From an uncultured Gammaproteobacteria bacterium (lineage in GTDB: Bacteria; Patescibacteriota; Microgenomatia; UBA8517), in NCBI GenBank assembly GCA_964431555.1, contig CAYSJW010000015.1, positions 41,573 to 105,572 of the forward strand: DNA of 64,000 nucleotides, in the 5' to 3' direction. The notes under the pieces are model-generated. The model saw only the letters and a program-made list of their open reading frames with translations. It did not search any database and had not been told where the DNA came from. How positions within the stretch are numbered: the stretch's first letter is position 1; each line of letters opens with the position of its first letter. Both the position numbers and the translations under genes were made by a program. Positions 38,837-48,936 of this stretch are shown here, in pieces.

Positions 38837-39307
38837 TTAAACTAATTTAGATTTGACTATTTCCGCAACTCTTCTCCCCTCAACCGAACCTTTGGCTTTT
38901 TTTATCACCTCCCCTATAACCCTTCCCATATCCTTAATACTTTTTGCTCCGAGATTAATTAATACCTCGTCTACGAGCTTTTCCAATTCTTTATCATCCA
39001 TCTCTGAGGGCAAAAACTCCTTAAGAATACCCAGTTCAGTTTCTTCTTGCTCAAGCCTTTTTTTTAAAGTTTCCGGATCGGATGTAGAACCTTTTTCTTG
39101 AGCCTTTTTAAGAAAATCTATTGCTTCAAGCCTTTTTTTTATCTCTCTTCTTACAACAGTTATTTCTTCTTGCTCATTCAATTCATGCTGTTTTGCAATC
39201 CTTTCGTAATTTAAAGAAGAGGACAATAATCTTAATGTTGAAAGTCTTATTTGATTTCTAGCTTTTATTGCTTCTTTTATCCCCTGATTTAACGATTGCA
39301 ATATCAT
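38837..39307 (-). CDS. GatB/YqeY domain protein
   Basis: The N-terminal ...AIKARNQIRLSTLRLL... matches the YqeY pattern. Confidence 0.75.
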   Translation of the reverse strand: MILQSLNQGIKEAIKARNQIRLSTLRLLSSSLNYERIAKQHELNEQEEITVVRREIKKRLEAIDFLKKAQEKGSTSDPETLKKRLEQEETELGILKEFLPSEMDDKELEKLVDEVLINLGAKSIKDMGRVIGEVIKKAKGSVEGRRVAEIVKSKLV

Positions 39308-39798
39308 AGTTTATAACCTATCTTTCTTAAAAAATCTTTCCTTTTGATAATCTCATCCTCCCTTTCAGCTCTTAATGGAGGTTCACCGTCAACAACACCC
39401 AAAATTGCCCTTCCTTTCGGAGTTTTAGCCACAATAACCTGAGCAGGATTAGATGTCGCACAATAAATATTAACCACTTCCGTCACATGCTGGACAGTTT
39501 TAAGAATATTAACAGGGTAAAAACCGGGTGATAAAAATATAATAAAACAATGTCCTGCTGCAATTTTCTTAATATTTTTTATAGCCAGTTTAATTAAATT
39601 CTCATCATTGCCGGATGATCTTATAAGTCTTGGTCCTGAAGCTTCACAAAATGAAAGTCCGAATTTTATTCCCGGAACAGAAGTTATCAATGCTTCATGA
39701 AGATCCTCAACTGTCTTGATAAAATGGCTTTGCCCCAAAATAAAGTTTATCTCTTCAGGTTTTTCTATATCAACAACTTCAAATGATACTTTAGTCAT
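39304..39798 (-). CDS. adenosine-specific kinase family (PF04008-like) protein
   Basis: VVDIEKPEEINFILGQSHFIKTVEDLHEAL...GIKFGLSFCEASG matches the family as I recall it. Confidence 0.45.
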   Translation of the reverse strand: MTKVSFEVVDIEKPEEINFILGQSHFIKTVEDLHEALITSVPGIKFGLSFCEASGPRLIRSSGNDENLIKLAIKNIKKIAAGHCFIIFLSPGFYPVNILKTVQHVTEVVNIYCATSNPAQVIVAKTPKGRAILGVVDGEPPLRAEREDEIIKRKDFLRKIGYKL

Positions 39799-39834
39799 AT
39801 TTATCTAAATTATAAAGCTAAATTACTTAGCTAC

Positions 39835-40152
39835 CTAGGCAGTCTCCGGTATAAGATCAGCCAAAAAATGCATCTGCAGGTGAGGAATCGAGGCAGCATC
39901 ACCTGAATTATGAATAAGTCTAAACCCTCTTACGGATTTTTCTTTTGCAATAACCAGTGCTATATCTTTAATCTCCTTCCAAACCACGTCTTCCAGTTCC
40001 TCTAAACTACTTACGTGCTTTTTAGGAACAATTAAAAGATGAATAGCTGCTTGGGGATTGATATCCTGGAAAATTATTAAATTTTCGGTTTCCCTTTCAA
40101 TTTTCGTTTCACCCTCTCCTTTTACTATATCGCAAAAGATACAATCTCCCAT
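39835..40152 (-). CDS. HIT-family hydrolase
   Basis: CIFCDI N-terminus and a C-terminal histidine triad (HLQMHFL). Confidence 0.75.
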   Translation of the reverse strand: MGDCIFCDIVKGEGETKIERETENLIIFQDINPQAAIHLLIVPKKHVSSLEELEDVVWKEIKDIALVIAKEKSVRGFRLIHNSGDAASIPHLQMHFLADLIPETA

Positions 40153-40230
40153 AGCACTAATTATTATTAATAATACCCTTTGCTGATAAAATCAATATTT
40201 AATTTTTAAAATTTTTTTATTTACAAGAGA

Positions 40231-41223
40231 TTAGAGAAGAGAAATAATTGCATCGGCTAACTTTTTTGGGTCATGTCTTATTAAACTTCTGGTTAATATA
40301 TCAGATTTATCCTTACTATAAAGCCTTTTGTGAACAAAATCTTGGCAAACAATTTTCATTTTGCCTTTTTCTTTCAAATCATTTAATACAACCTCCGACT
40401 TTGTTTTCCTATACCATCTAATTGCCTCCTCGGGGATCCTACCATTATTAACCAAAACGAAATTAGGATTCTTACCCATATATCTTTTTAGCTCCGACAA
40501 AAAGTCAGAAGCTTTATAATTATTGGTCTGACCAAAACGAGTCATTAAGTTAACTACAAAAGCAATCTTTGCCTTAGATTTCAGAATTGCTTCTCTTATT
40601 CCATCTATAACCAAATTAGGTAAAATACTTGTGTAAAGATCACCCGGACCCAAAATTATTATATCCGATTCCCCAATCTCCTTTAAGGCGTCTGGATTTG
40701 CTCGGGCTGGGGGAAATACACTCAATTGAACAATTTTATGATTAGACATCTCGTCAGAAGGTTCATCGATAAAATGCTCCCCCAAAACTTGTTTACCGTT
40801 ATCATACAAAGCCACTAAATTTGTATTATCATAGGTAACCGGGATAATTCTCCCGTCCACATCTAAAAAATCACAAGTTTTTTCTATAGCCAATTTTTGA
40901 GATCCATAAATATCCGTTAATGCAGCCATGAATAAATTTCCAAATGTCATCCCAGAAATTCCAGTACCGGCATTGAAACGATATGTAAAAAGCTTTCTTA
41001 AAAGATCTTTTGGTTTTTCTCTTGACAAAGCAACTATACACTGTCTTATATCCGAGGTCGGAAGAAGACCAAATTCGTCTCTTATCACCCTATTACTTCC
41101 ACCTGAATCCATCATTGAAACAATAACAGAAAGACTCACCTCTGGGCGGTTTCTAAGCCCTATCAAAACAGTGTAAGTACCCGTACCTCCGCCTATTACC
41201 AAAACTTTTTTAGGCTTACCCAT
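40231..41223 (-). CDS. YvcK/CofD-like gluconeogenesis factor family (UPF0052)
   Basis: VIGGGTG...MDSGGS.RVIRDEFGLLP.SDIR motif set. Confidence 0.8.
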   Translation of the reverse strand: MGKPKKVLVIGGGTGTYTVLIGLRNRPEVSLSVIVSMMDSGGSNRVIRDEFGLLPTSDIRQCIVALSREKPKDLLRKLFTYRFNAGTGISGMTFGNLFMAALTDIYGSQKLAIEKTCDFLDVDGRIIPVTYDNTNLVALYDNGKQVLGEHFIDEPSDEMSNHKIVQLSVFPPARANPDALKEIGESDIIILGPGDLYTSILPNLVIDGIREAILKSKAKIAFVVNLMTRFGQTNNYKASDFLSELKRYMGKNPNFVLVNNGRIPEEAIRWYRKTKSEVVLNDLKEKGKMKIVCQDFVHKRLYSKDKSDILTRSLIRHDPKKLADAIISLL

Positions 41224-42457
41224 TCTTCAATCTATTCAGAAGTTCATCAAGAGATAAAAGTTTCGTTTCTTCACTTCTCCTATCTTTATATTCAATCAAG
41301 TCAGCAGTTTTGTCAGAGATTACCAACCTTACCGGAATACCGATTAAATCAGAATCGGCAAATTTCTCACCAGGACTAATTTCTCTATCATCAACCAATG
41401 TTTCCAAACCAGCTTGACAAAGCTTAAAAAACAAATCATCAACAACATTAGCGTCTTTATTAGTTCTAATATCAAGTAAATGAATATCAAAAGGAGATAT
41501 AACTTTATTCCAAATTATACCTTTTTCATCATGACTAACCTCAACCCATGTACCCATCGTTCTGGTCGGACCTATTCCATAACTCCCAAACCAAACCGGC
41601 CTTTTCTTACCCTCCCTATCCGTAAAATACATCCTCATTCTTTCAGCGTACCAAGTGCCCAAAGGAAAAATATTACCCACCTCAATTGATTTTCTCTTAA
41701 GAATCCTTCCTTCACCACACTTCTCACATAAAACACCCTCTTCCTTTTCAAAAATCTCTGCATTCACCCCCCAATCACACTTATCACAAATAAATATTGT
41801 ATCCTCTCCGCTATCCACAAGCACCTGAAACTCATGAGTATATCTATCGGTAAAAACACCTCCAGACGCCTCGGTAATCCTGAAATTAAAACCAATTCTT
41901 TCAAATACCTTTTTATAAGCCAACTTTACCTTCTCGTAATAATTTAAAAGATCCTCCTCTGTCTCGTGAGCGCTATATAAATCTTTCATCATAAACTCTC
42001 TTCCCCTTAATATTCCCGAACGCGCTCTGGGTTCGTTTCTGAATTTTGTCGAAAAATGATAAACTGCGATAGGTAAATCAGCATAGCTTTTGATATTTTT
42101 TCTAAGCAAATCCATAACAATCTCCTCATGGGTAAAGGATAAAACATACTCCCTTTTCCTTGAATCTTTAAGCTTATACATAATCTCATCAGCCTTGTCC
42201 CACCGCCCTGTTTCATTCCAAATTGATTTAGGATGAAGAAGAGGCATCAACATTTCCTGGCCTCCTATTGCGTTCATCTCTTCTCTTATAATCTGATTTA
42301 TCTTATTCACGACACGCCATCCCAAAGGCAAAAGAGTCCAAGAACCAGCCATTAGTTGATCAATAAAACCCGCTCTTACTAAAAGTTTATGGTTGACACT
42401 AACCGCATCTTTGGGAGCTTGCTTTTTTGTCTTGGGAAAAAGCTGAGACTGAAACAT
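41216..42457 (-). CDS. proS: prolyl-tRNA synthetase ProS (short form without editing domain)
   Basis: VSVNHKLLVRAGFIDQLMAGSWTLLPLGWRV...SIWNETGRW and class II motifs. Confidence 0.85.
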   Translation of the reverse strand: MFQSQLFPKTKKQAPKDAVSVNHKLLVRAGFIDQLMAGSWTLLPLGWRVVNKINQIIREEMNAIGGQEMLMPLLHPKSIWNETGRWDKADEIMYKLKDSRKREYVLSFTHEEIVMDLLRKNIKSYADLPIAVYHFSTKFRNEPRARSGILRGREFMMKDLYSAHETEEDLLNYYEKVKLAYKKVFERIGFNFRITEASGGVFTDRYTHEFQVLVDSGEDTIFICDKCDWGVNAEIFEKEEGVLCEKCGEGRILKRKSIEVGNIFPLGTWYAERMRMYFTDREGKKRPVWFGSYGIGPTRTMGTWVEVSHDEKGIIWNKVISPFDIHLLDIRTNKDANVVDDLFFKLCQAGLETLVDDREISPGEKFADSDLIGIPVRLVISDKTADLIEYKDRRSEETKLLSLDELLNRLKNG

Positions 42458-42468
42458 AAAACTGATTT

Positions 42469-43575
42469 TTATTTTATCACCGAATCTATATAACCTGAAA
42501 TTCCCCCCTCAGTTATAAGTCTTCTAATATCATGAGCAGTTATAGCAAAAATAAGCATTAATAAAATTACCATCCCAACTGTATGAATTGCAGTTTCAAC
42601 CTTGGGAAGAACCTTCCTGCCAAAAATCCCTTCGGCAATGACAAAAATCAGTCTCCCCCCATCAAGAGCAGGAAAAGGCACGATATTTAGAATTGCCAAA
42701 TTAACGGATAAAATCCCGACGAAATTGACTAAGGTCAAGACTCCAAACTTTGCCGCTTCCGTGGTTATGGCAAAAATACCCACCGGCCCAGCCACATCTT
42801 TAGGTATTATTCCACCAAAAAGATCACCTATCATTCCAAACATACCCACCAAAACCATACCCGCCCAAAAGAAAGCCTCCCTAAAACCGTTATAGACACC
42901 AATAAAAGGTCTTTGCCAAAGCGGTGGATAGTAAATTTCTATTGATGAAATAACCACCCCCAAAGCTCCCTCGCCTTCCGGAGGATTTTCTCTCGGCACA
43001 GTTTTAACTTCAATTAAATCCTTTAAACCTTCTCTTTCAATTTGCAAAATAACTTCTTTCCCCTTTTCTTTTTCGACATAATCAATAAATTCCTCATTAC
43101 TACCTACATACTTCCCATTTACCGTTTTTATAATATCGCCGGATTTCAAACCCGAAACATCCGCGGGCGAACCATTTCTAACTTCAACTATTTTTACATT
43201 ACCAGTCTCTTTGGGAACCCCAGAAAAGGCATAAACTATAGAAAAAGAAATCACCGCCAGAACAAAATTCATAAAAACTCCTGCCAAGATAACAAAAAAT
43301 CGAACTTTTTTAGATTGATTTAAAAAAGCCCTCTTTTCATCGGTAATTGAATCTTGGGAATTCTCTCCATGTAACCTTACAAAACCACCAAAAGGAAGAA
43401 GATTGAGAGAATAAATAGTCTCCCCTATTTTTCTACCAAAAACTCTTGGGGGTAGACCAAAACCAAATTCCTCAACCCAAATTCCAGATCTTCTCGCGGC
43501 AAAAAAATGTCCCGCCTCGTGAACAAGGACCAAAATTGAAAGGATAACTATAAACAAAATTACCGAAGTTATCAT
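42469..43575 (-). CDS. rseP: RIP zinc metalloprotease RseP (M50 with PDZ)
   Basis: HEAGHFFAAR zinc motif, a PDZ-like middle and a C-terminal LDGG. Confidence 0.85.
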   Translation of the reverse strand: MITSVILFIVILSILVLVHEAGHFFAARRSGIWVEEFGFGLPPRVFGRKIGETIYSLNLLPFGGFVRLHGENSQDSITDEKRAFLNQSKKVRFFVILAGVFMNFVLAVISFSIVYAFSGVPKETGNVKIVEVRNGSPADVSGLKSGDIIKTVNGKYVGSNEEFIDYVEKEKGKEVILQIEREGLKDLIEVKTVPRENPPEGEGALGVVISSIEIYYPPLWQRPFIGVYNGFREAFFWAGMVLVGMFGMIGDLFGGIIPKDVAGPVGIFAITTEAAKFGVLTLVNFVGILSVNLAILNIVPFPALDGGRLIFVIAEGIFGRKVLPKVETAIHTVGMVILLMLIFAITAHDIRRLITEGGISGYIDSVIK

Positions 43576-43614
43576 TAGAAGAGATTACCACAATAAATAA
43601 ACATTTTCAAAGAC

Positions 43615-44169
43615 CTAAATCCGCATTATTTCTTCTTCCTTCGCCCTGCTTAAAAGATCAATCCTTTCAATAAAATCGTCGGTAATTTCCTGAAGTTTTT
43701 TCTCCAAAGAAAATTTCTCATCTTCAGAAATCTCCTTTTCTTCAAAAGAACTTTTAATATTTTTCATAAATCCCGCCCTTATCTGACGAATCATAACCTT
43801 TCCACTTTCAACCTTAACTTTCAAAAGTTTTATATATTTTTGTCTATCTTCCGTAGTCATTGGAGGAAGAACAATACGAATTTTATCCCCATCAATTACA
43901 GGTGTATAACCAACGTTTGAAGCTTCTATACCTTTGCGTATCTCACCAATTATACTCTTGTCCCAAGGATCAATAATAATTGTCTGATTATCAGAAACAG
44001 AAATTGTGGCTAATTCATTAATTTTTAGCTTTTGCGAGCCTCCATAAACAACTACTTGAAGTCCTTCTATTAGAGAAGGTGAAGCTCTACCAGTCCTTAT
44101 ACTAGCTAGATCAGATGTCAAAAGTTCCAATACCGCTGACATCTTCTTTCGAACTTCTTCCTCGTCCAT
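43615..44169 (-). CDS. frr: ribosome recycling factor Frr
   Basis: Typical RRF length and charge pattern; ...SLIEGLQVVVYGGSQKL..LATISV.D..TIIIDPWD. Confidence 0.9.
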   Translation of the reverse strand: MDEEEVRKKMSAVLELLTSDLASIRTGRASPSLIEGLQVVVYGGSQKLKINELATISVSDNQTIIIDPWDKSIIGEIRKGIEASNVGYTPVIDGDKIRIVLPPMTTEDRQKYIKLLKVKVESGKVMIRQIRAGFMKNIKSSFEEKEISEDEKFSLEKKLQEITDDFIERIDLLSRAKEEEIMRI

Positions 44170-44190
44170 TCTTAATTTATTATAAATATT

Positions 44191-44682
44191 TTATTCTCCC
44201 AGAACAACCTTCCAAATTCTTCCCAATCTGATATTTTCACCGGTTTTAGCAATTAACTCATTCAGCAAATCTTCAACCTTTCTGGAAGGATCTTTAATAA
44301 AAACCTGTTTTAGAAAATCCTTATCTCCCATCGAGGCAACTTGCATAGCCAAATCCTTGGCTAAAGAAGTAAAAAGATCGTTTCTTGCAACAAAATCCGT
44401 CTCACAAAAAATCTCTACCAAACCAGCCACTTTTTGATTATGGTGCATATAAACCGATAAAACTCCCGCCTTTGTTTCCCGATCTTTTCTTTTAGCCGCT
44501 TTCTCAAATCCTTCCTTTTTGAGAATTTCCAAAGCTTTTTTCTCACCTCTCTCCAAATCGTTTTTTGATGCATTTTCAGGCAAGTCTCCCAATAATTCTT
44601 GCAAAACCTTCTTTACTCGCATGTATGGAGCTCCCGTTTCATCCCTGAGTTTCCTTATCTGACTAAGTGTTATTTTTACCAT
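44191..44682 (-). CDS. tsf: elongation factor Ts (short form)
   Basis: N-terminal UBA-like ITLSQIRKLRDETGAPYMRVKKVL. Confidence 0.85.
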   Translation of the reverse strand: MVKITLSQIRKLRDETGAPYMRVKKVLQELLGDLPENASKNDLERGEKKALEILKKEGFEKAAKRKDRETKAGVLSVYMHHNQKVAGLVEIFCETDFVARNDLFTSLAKDLAMQVASMGDKDFLKQVFIKDPSRKVEDLLNELIAKTGENIRLGRIWKVVLGE

Positions 44683-44705
44683 ATTTTTTTAGAGATAAAA
44701 ACTTA

Positions 44706-45413
44706 CTACTTATCCTTTTTTTTACCAGTTCCTGCTTTTCCTCTTTCAATTGCCTCCTTAAACAAATCTAAAACATACTCCAGTGCTTTCGAGGCATCAT
44801 CATTCATAGGTATAGGATAATTAACCAAAGATGGATTACAATTTGAATCAACTATCGCCACAGTCTTTACCCCAACGCTTTGAGCCTCCTTAACAGCTGT
44901 TGCCTCTCTTTTTATATCTATTATAAACAAAATATCAGGAATGTTATTCATTCCAACCAACCCTCCGAAAAACCTATCAAGCCTTTGAATTTCTCTTTCA
45001 ATCAAAAGTTTCTCCTTTTTTGTCCGATTTTCATATACTCCGGAATTAAAGTCCCTCTTGAGATCGGTCAATTTTTGAATCGTTTTTTTCATTTGAGAAA
45101 AATTCGTAAGTATACCTCCCAGCCACCTTTCATTGACAAAAAAACTATTGGTGGCTAAAGCCACTTCTTTCACCTTATCCTTAACTTGCTTTTTCGTACC
45201 CACGAAAAGGATTACCTTACCTTCTTTGACCGACTTTTCCATAAATTCCAATGCCTCCTCCAAACAACCTTTAGTTTTGATTAAATCAAAAATATAAACC
45301 CCTTCTTTTTCCCCATAAAGATAGGGTGCCATTTTTGGGTTCCAACGTTTAGTTTGATGACCAAAATGAGCGCCTGTTTCTACTAATTTTTCTAACGAAA
45401 CTTTAATCTGCAT
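44706..45413 (-). CDS. rpsB: 30S ribosomal protein S2
   Basis: LVETGAHFGHQTKRWNPKM...ILFVGTKKQ...TNSFFVNERWLGG.LTNF. Confidence 0.9.
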   Translation of the reverse strand: MQIKVSLEKLVETGAHFGHQTKRWNPKMAPYLYGEKEGVYIFDLIKTKGCLEEALEFMEKSVKEGKVILFVGTKKQVKDKVKEVALATNSFFVNERWLGGILTNFSQMKKTIQKLTDLKRDFNSGVYENRTKKEKLLIEREIQRLDRFFGGLVGMNNIPDILFIIDIKREATAVKEAQSVGVKTVAIVDSNCNPSLVNYPIPMNDDASKALEYVLDLFKEAIERGKAGTGKKKDK

Positions 45414-45727
45414 AAAAAAATTAAAGAAATTTTACTGCTTCCTTAAACCGCCATCAGTCGGAAGAATCCAGGAAGCAAGGCTGATGTGTGTTTGATGAAT
45501 ATTATCAAAGAATATTTCGTTTATCAACACTAATTTTTAAAAACAGTAAAAAATCAACTACGCAATTTCAAATACTATCAAGTCTAAAATTTACAAAATT
45601 AAAAAAAATCTACCTGAAATTAAAAAGGCTTATCTAAAAAGAAAAAGTGATTAATTAAAAATGAATTTTTGTCACTTAAATATTTCTTAAATTTAAATTT
45701 ATTTTAGAAGCAAATTTAAGATTTAAA

Positions 45728-46462
45728 TCAAAATTGCCTTCTAATTTCTTCAATCTCCTCCTGACAATACTCTGTAGGTAGATCAACTCCCAAGGGAAAA
45801 ACATCATACACCTCCACTCTTTCACTCATAATACAACCATCTTCTTCCAGATGATCCAATCCCAAAAGATGACCCCATTCATGCATTAATGTAGTTTTTT
45901 CAAGAATATCTTTGACATAGCCTTTCTCTGACAAATTTTCTATCGCATCCCTGAAAATAAAAATTGTATCCTTATTAGTAACAACCCCGACAGAAGTCTT
46001 TTTCAAAGCATAGGAACTGGTATAAATAATATAAAGATCCGCCTTATTTTTGGAAGAAACTTCTTCTCTTATCATATTTAAATCCTCATCAGTCAAAAAG
46101 TCCTTCTTAGGATATTCGTAATTCAGCTTTTTACTGACAATTACATTTTTTCCCAAAGTTACGTCTATCATTTCCTCCAACCAGTACTCGATATTCTCAT
46201 TTACAATTTCCCCATTCACCGAAACAAGCAAAACCAAAGTGCTACCTTTTTTAGGATCAATATAAAAATATTTCGCGTCACCCGGTTCATCCAATTTCAA
46301 TATACTCGTAACTATAGGCATCCTAAGAAGATAATTTCTCACGATCTTTCCCAAGAATGATTGGCTTTTAAATTTGATAATAAATAAAGAAAAAGATATA
46401 AAAACTATAAATATTACAAAAAGTAGAAGAGAAAAAAATTTTACAAAACTCTTTAAACCCAT
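45728..46462 (-). CDS. membrane-anchored metzincin-like zinc metalloprotease
   Basis: N-terminal TM segment; HEWGHLLGLDH is an exact HExxHxxGxxH motif. Confidence 0.5.
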   Translation of the reverse strand: MGLKSFVKFFSLLLFVIFIVFISFSLFIIKFKSQSFLGKIVRNYLLRMPIVTSILKLDEPGDAKYFYIDPKKGSTLVLLVSVNGEIVNENIEYWLEEMIDVTLGKNVIVSKKLNYEYPKKDFLTDEDLNMIREEVSSKNKADLYIIYTSSYALKKTSVGVVTNKDTIFIFRDAIENLSEKGYVKDILEKTTLMHEWGHLLGLDHLEEDGCIMSERVEVYDVFPLGVDLPTEYCQEEIEEIRRQF

Positions 46463-46604
46463 TAATAAAATAATACTCCAAACATTAAAGCTAATGTTAT
46501 TTATATCAATATCCTAAAGCTATCTAAAGTAGTGTTCTTTCCAAAACAAAGATCTCTTAAGATAATTGTCATCCGTTGTAAAATTAATTAAGAAAGGATA
46601 ATTT

Positions 46605-46982
46605 ATGAAAAAAATCTTAATTGCAGATGATGATTCTGACCTTCTTAAACTTTATAAAATAGCTCTAAATAATGCCGCTTTTGAAGTCGATGTCTGTCTA
46701 ACCATTTCCGAAGCAAATATTTTTGTAAAAAGCAAAAAATACGACCTCATAATACTGGATATACTCTTTCCTGAAGGAGATATCTTACCAACAATCCAAA
46801 CAATCAGAAATAAAAGTTCACCCAACTTCCAAACTCCCATTCTTATTCTAACCAGCCTTTCATACGGCGACAAAACCAAAAAATCCCTTGAAATCGGAGC
46901 AAATGAATACCTATTTAAAGCAACCGAAACTCCCAAAACAATTGTTAGCAAGGTTATTAAGATAACCTCTAACAACTCATAA
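46605..46982 (+). CDS. stand-alone response-regulator receiver (CheY-like) protein
   Basis: KILIADDD...DLIILDILFP receiver pattern with no output domain. Confidence 0.75.
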   Translation: MKKILIADDDSDLLKLYKIALNNAAFEVDVCLTISEANIFVKSKKYDLIILDILFPEGDILPTIQTIRNKSSPNFQTPILILTSLSYGDKTKKSLEIGANEYLFKATETPKTIVSKVIKITSNNS

Positions 46983-47002
46983 AAGGCCATAAAATTAAAA
47001 AT

Positions 47003-47743
47003 TTACAGATTCTCAAAGAGACCCATACTGGAGAAGATATAACCAAAACCCACCAAACCGGCAATCGCACCTATAACCAACCTAACAATAATATCACTAC
47101 TCCCCAGAAAACGAAAAATTTCAAAAATAAACATAAAGTTTAAAATAGCACTTTCAGGCCTTTCATTTCTTAAAACATCATCATTTTCCTCTACCTTTTT
47201 CCTTTTTCTAAAAGACAAAGATAAAGTCTTACTTGGCTTTTTTACCTTCAAATCACTTCCAACTGAATTATCCTCTTTATAACTACCTTCAGTATTTTTA
47301 AAAGCAAAGCTTGAATTCCTATTCCCTGTCAAATTTCTTCTTAAGCCCATACTTTCCTTTATTTCCTGAGATTTATTTCTTAAGCCTAATTGTCTAAAAG
47401 TCAAGAGTTCCCCGAAACTCGAGTTTTTCGAACTACTATCCTTATCGCTTCCCTTCAGAAAATTTACCGATGAAGAAAATTTCCTGGAAGAATTATCCTT
47501 CAAGCGAAAAATATCAGCGAGATTTTCAGTTTTCCTATCTTTTTGAATATCTTCCCTTTCTTTGCCCACATCTACTTTTTTTCGGGAGGAAAAACTTTCC
47601 TGGTCATAAAAGGAGTAAAAATCACTTTCATTTTCAGGATACTTCTCCCCAACTAATTGCAACTCCTCAAAAAGCAACGTTATATTATTCTCGCTTGGGT
47701 ATATTATTCCGGACCTTCGCATATTAATATTATACCACACCAA
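47003..47743 (-). CDS. hypothetical Ser-rich protein with C-terminal TM anchor
   Basis: Low-complexity body, then a C-terminal hydrophobic segment IGAIAGLVGFGYIFSSMGLF. Confidence 0.35.
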   Translation of the reverse strand: MVWYNINMRRSGIIYPSENNITLLFEELQLVGEKYPENESDFYSFYDQESFSSRKKVDVGKEREDIQKDRKTENLADIFRLKDNSSRKFSSSVNFLKGSDKDSSSKNSSFGELLTFRQLGLRNKSQEIKESMGLRRNLTGNRNSSFAFKNTEGSYKEDNSVGSDLKVKKPSKTLSLSFRKRKKVEENDDVLRNERPESAILNFMFIFEIFRFLGSSDIIVRLVIGAIAGLVGFGYIFSSMGLFENL

Positions 47744-47803
47744 CCTATAGTATTTATCTTTATAAAATAGACTGGAAGAAATTACTTAATTATGGTATAA
47801 AAA

Positions 47804-48391
47804 TTGATAATGAATAAATTAGTGTGTTTGGCCGGCATGCCGGGAGCGGGAAAGTCATTGGTATCCGACTTTTTTGTACAAAAAGGTTATCATTACCTTC
47901 GTTTCGGACAAATTACAATAGATGAAATTAAAAAAAGAAAGCTTAAAATAAACGAGGAAAATGAGAAAAAAATACGAGAAGAAATAAGAAAAAAATACGG
48001 CATGGCCGCCTACGCTGTCTTAAACTACCCTAAATTTAAAAAACTCCTCAAGAAAGGCAATGTCATAGGGGATGGTCTTTACAGCTGGTCAGAATACAAA
48101 TTCCTCAAGGAAAAATTCAAAAATAGGTTTTATCTGGTAGCAGTTTATGCACCTCCTACATTGCGATATCAAAGACTTATGGCAAGAAACACCTCTAATG
48201 AAGATGAAAATCTCCGCTTTCGTAAACTTTCTACAAAAGAGGCTGTAATGCGCGATTATGCAGAAATTGAAAACCTTGAAAAAGGAGGCCCAATAGCTAT
48301 GGCTGATTTTACTCTTATTAATACAAAAAGTATTTTATATCTTAAAAAACAAATCAAAAATGTCTATGAAGAAATCGAAAAAATCAAATAA
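47804..48391 (+). CDS. P-loop NTPase, putative (deoxy)nucleoside monophosphate kinase
   Basis: Walker A CLAGMPGAGKS. Small kinase-like fold, adjacent to and overlapping the dCMP deaminase gene. Confidence 0.45.
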   Translation: MIMNKLVCLAGMPGAGKSLVSDFFVQKGYHYLRFGQITIDEIKKRKLKINEENEKKIREEIRKKYGMAAYAVLNYPKFKKLLKKGNVIGDGLYSWSEYKFLKEKFKNRFYLVAVYAPPTLRYQRLMARNTSNEDENLRFRKLSTKEAVMRDYAEIENLEKGGPIAMADFTLINTKSILYLKKQIKNVYEEIEKIK

Positions 48392-48881
48392 AAACGAAAA
48401 AACGTATCAAAGGCCAAGCTGGGATGACTATTTTATGGAAGTCGCCGATGCAATTTCCAAAAGAGCGACCTGCGACAGAGGAAGATCGGGATGTATAATA
48501 GCTAAAGACAATCAAATCTTAGCAAGCGGATATGTCGGTTCTCCGGTTGGATTCCCCCACTGCGATGAGGTCGGACACCAAATTAAAAAGGTAGTCCATG
48601 AAGATGGATCAATAAGTCAGCACTGCGTAAGAACGGTTCATGCGGAACAAAACGCAATTTGCCAAGCGGCAAAAAGAGGAATTGCTATAAACGGAGCAAC
48701 CATTTATACAAGAATGACTCCCTGCCGGGTTTGTACAATGCTGATTATCAATTGCGGAATCAAAAGGGTAGTTTGCGAAAGAGCATATCACGACGGCAAA
48801 GACTCAGAAAAAATGTTAAAAAAAGCAGGTATAAAACTGGAATATAAATACAAAGAAACACAAAAATATAAAGACCAGTAG
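48360..48881 (+). CDS. dCMP deaminase (cytidine/deoxycytidylate deaminase family)
   Basis: Zinc-binding HAEQNAI and PCRVCTMLI motifs. Confidence 0.8.
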   Translation: MSMKKSKKSNKNEKTYQRPSWDDYFMEVADAISKRATCDRGRSGCIIAKDNQILASGYVGSPVGFPHCDEVGHQIKKVVHEDGSISQHCVRTVHAEQNAICQAAKRGIAINGATIYTRMTPCRVCTMLIINCGIKRVVCERAYHDGKDSEKMLKKAGIKLEYKYKETQKYKDQ

Positions 48882-48936
48882 TTTTTAAAATAATTAATGA
48901 TTGATTAACAAATTAATACTGTCTTAAAATAATTAT

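Noticed and set aside
44061-44077. Palindrome ccttct-ATTAG-agaagg inside frr, which superficially resembles the REP-like ATTAG elements.
   Set aside because: It lies inside a well-conserved coding region. ATTAG is in the loop rather than 3' of a 7-1-7 palindrome. It is most likely chance.
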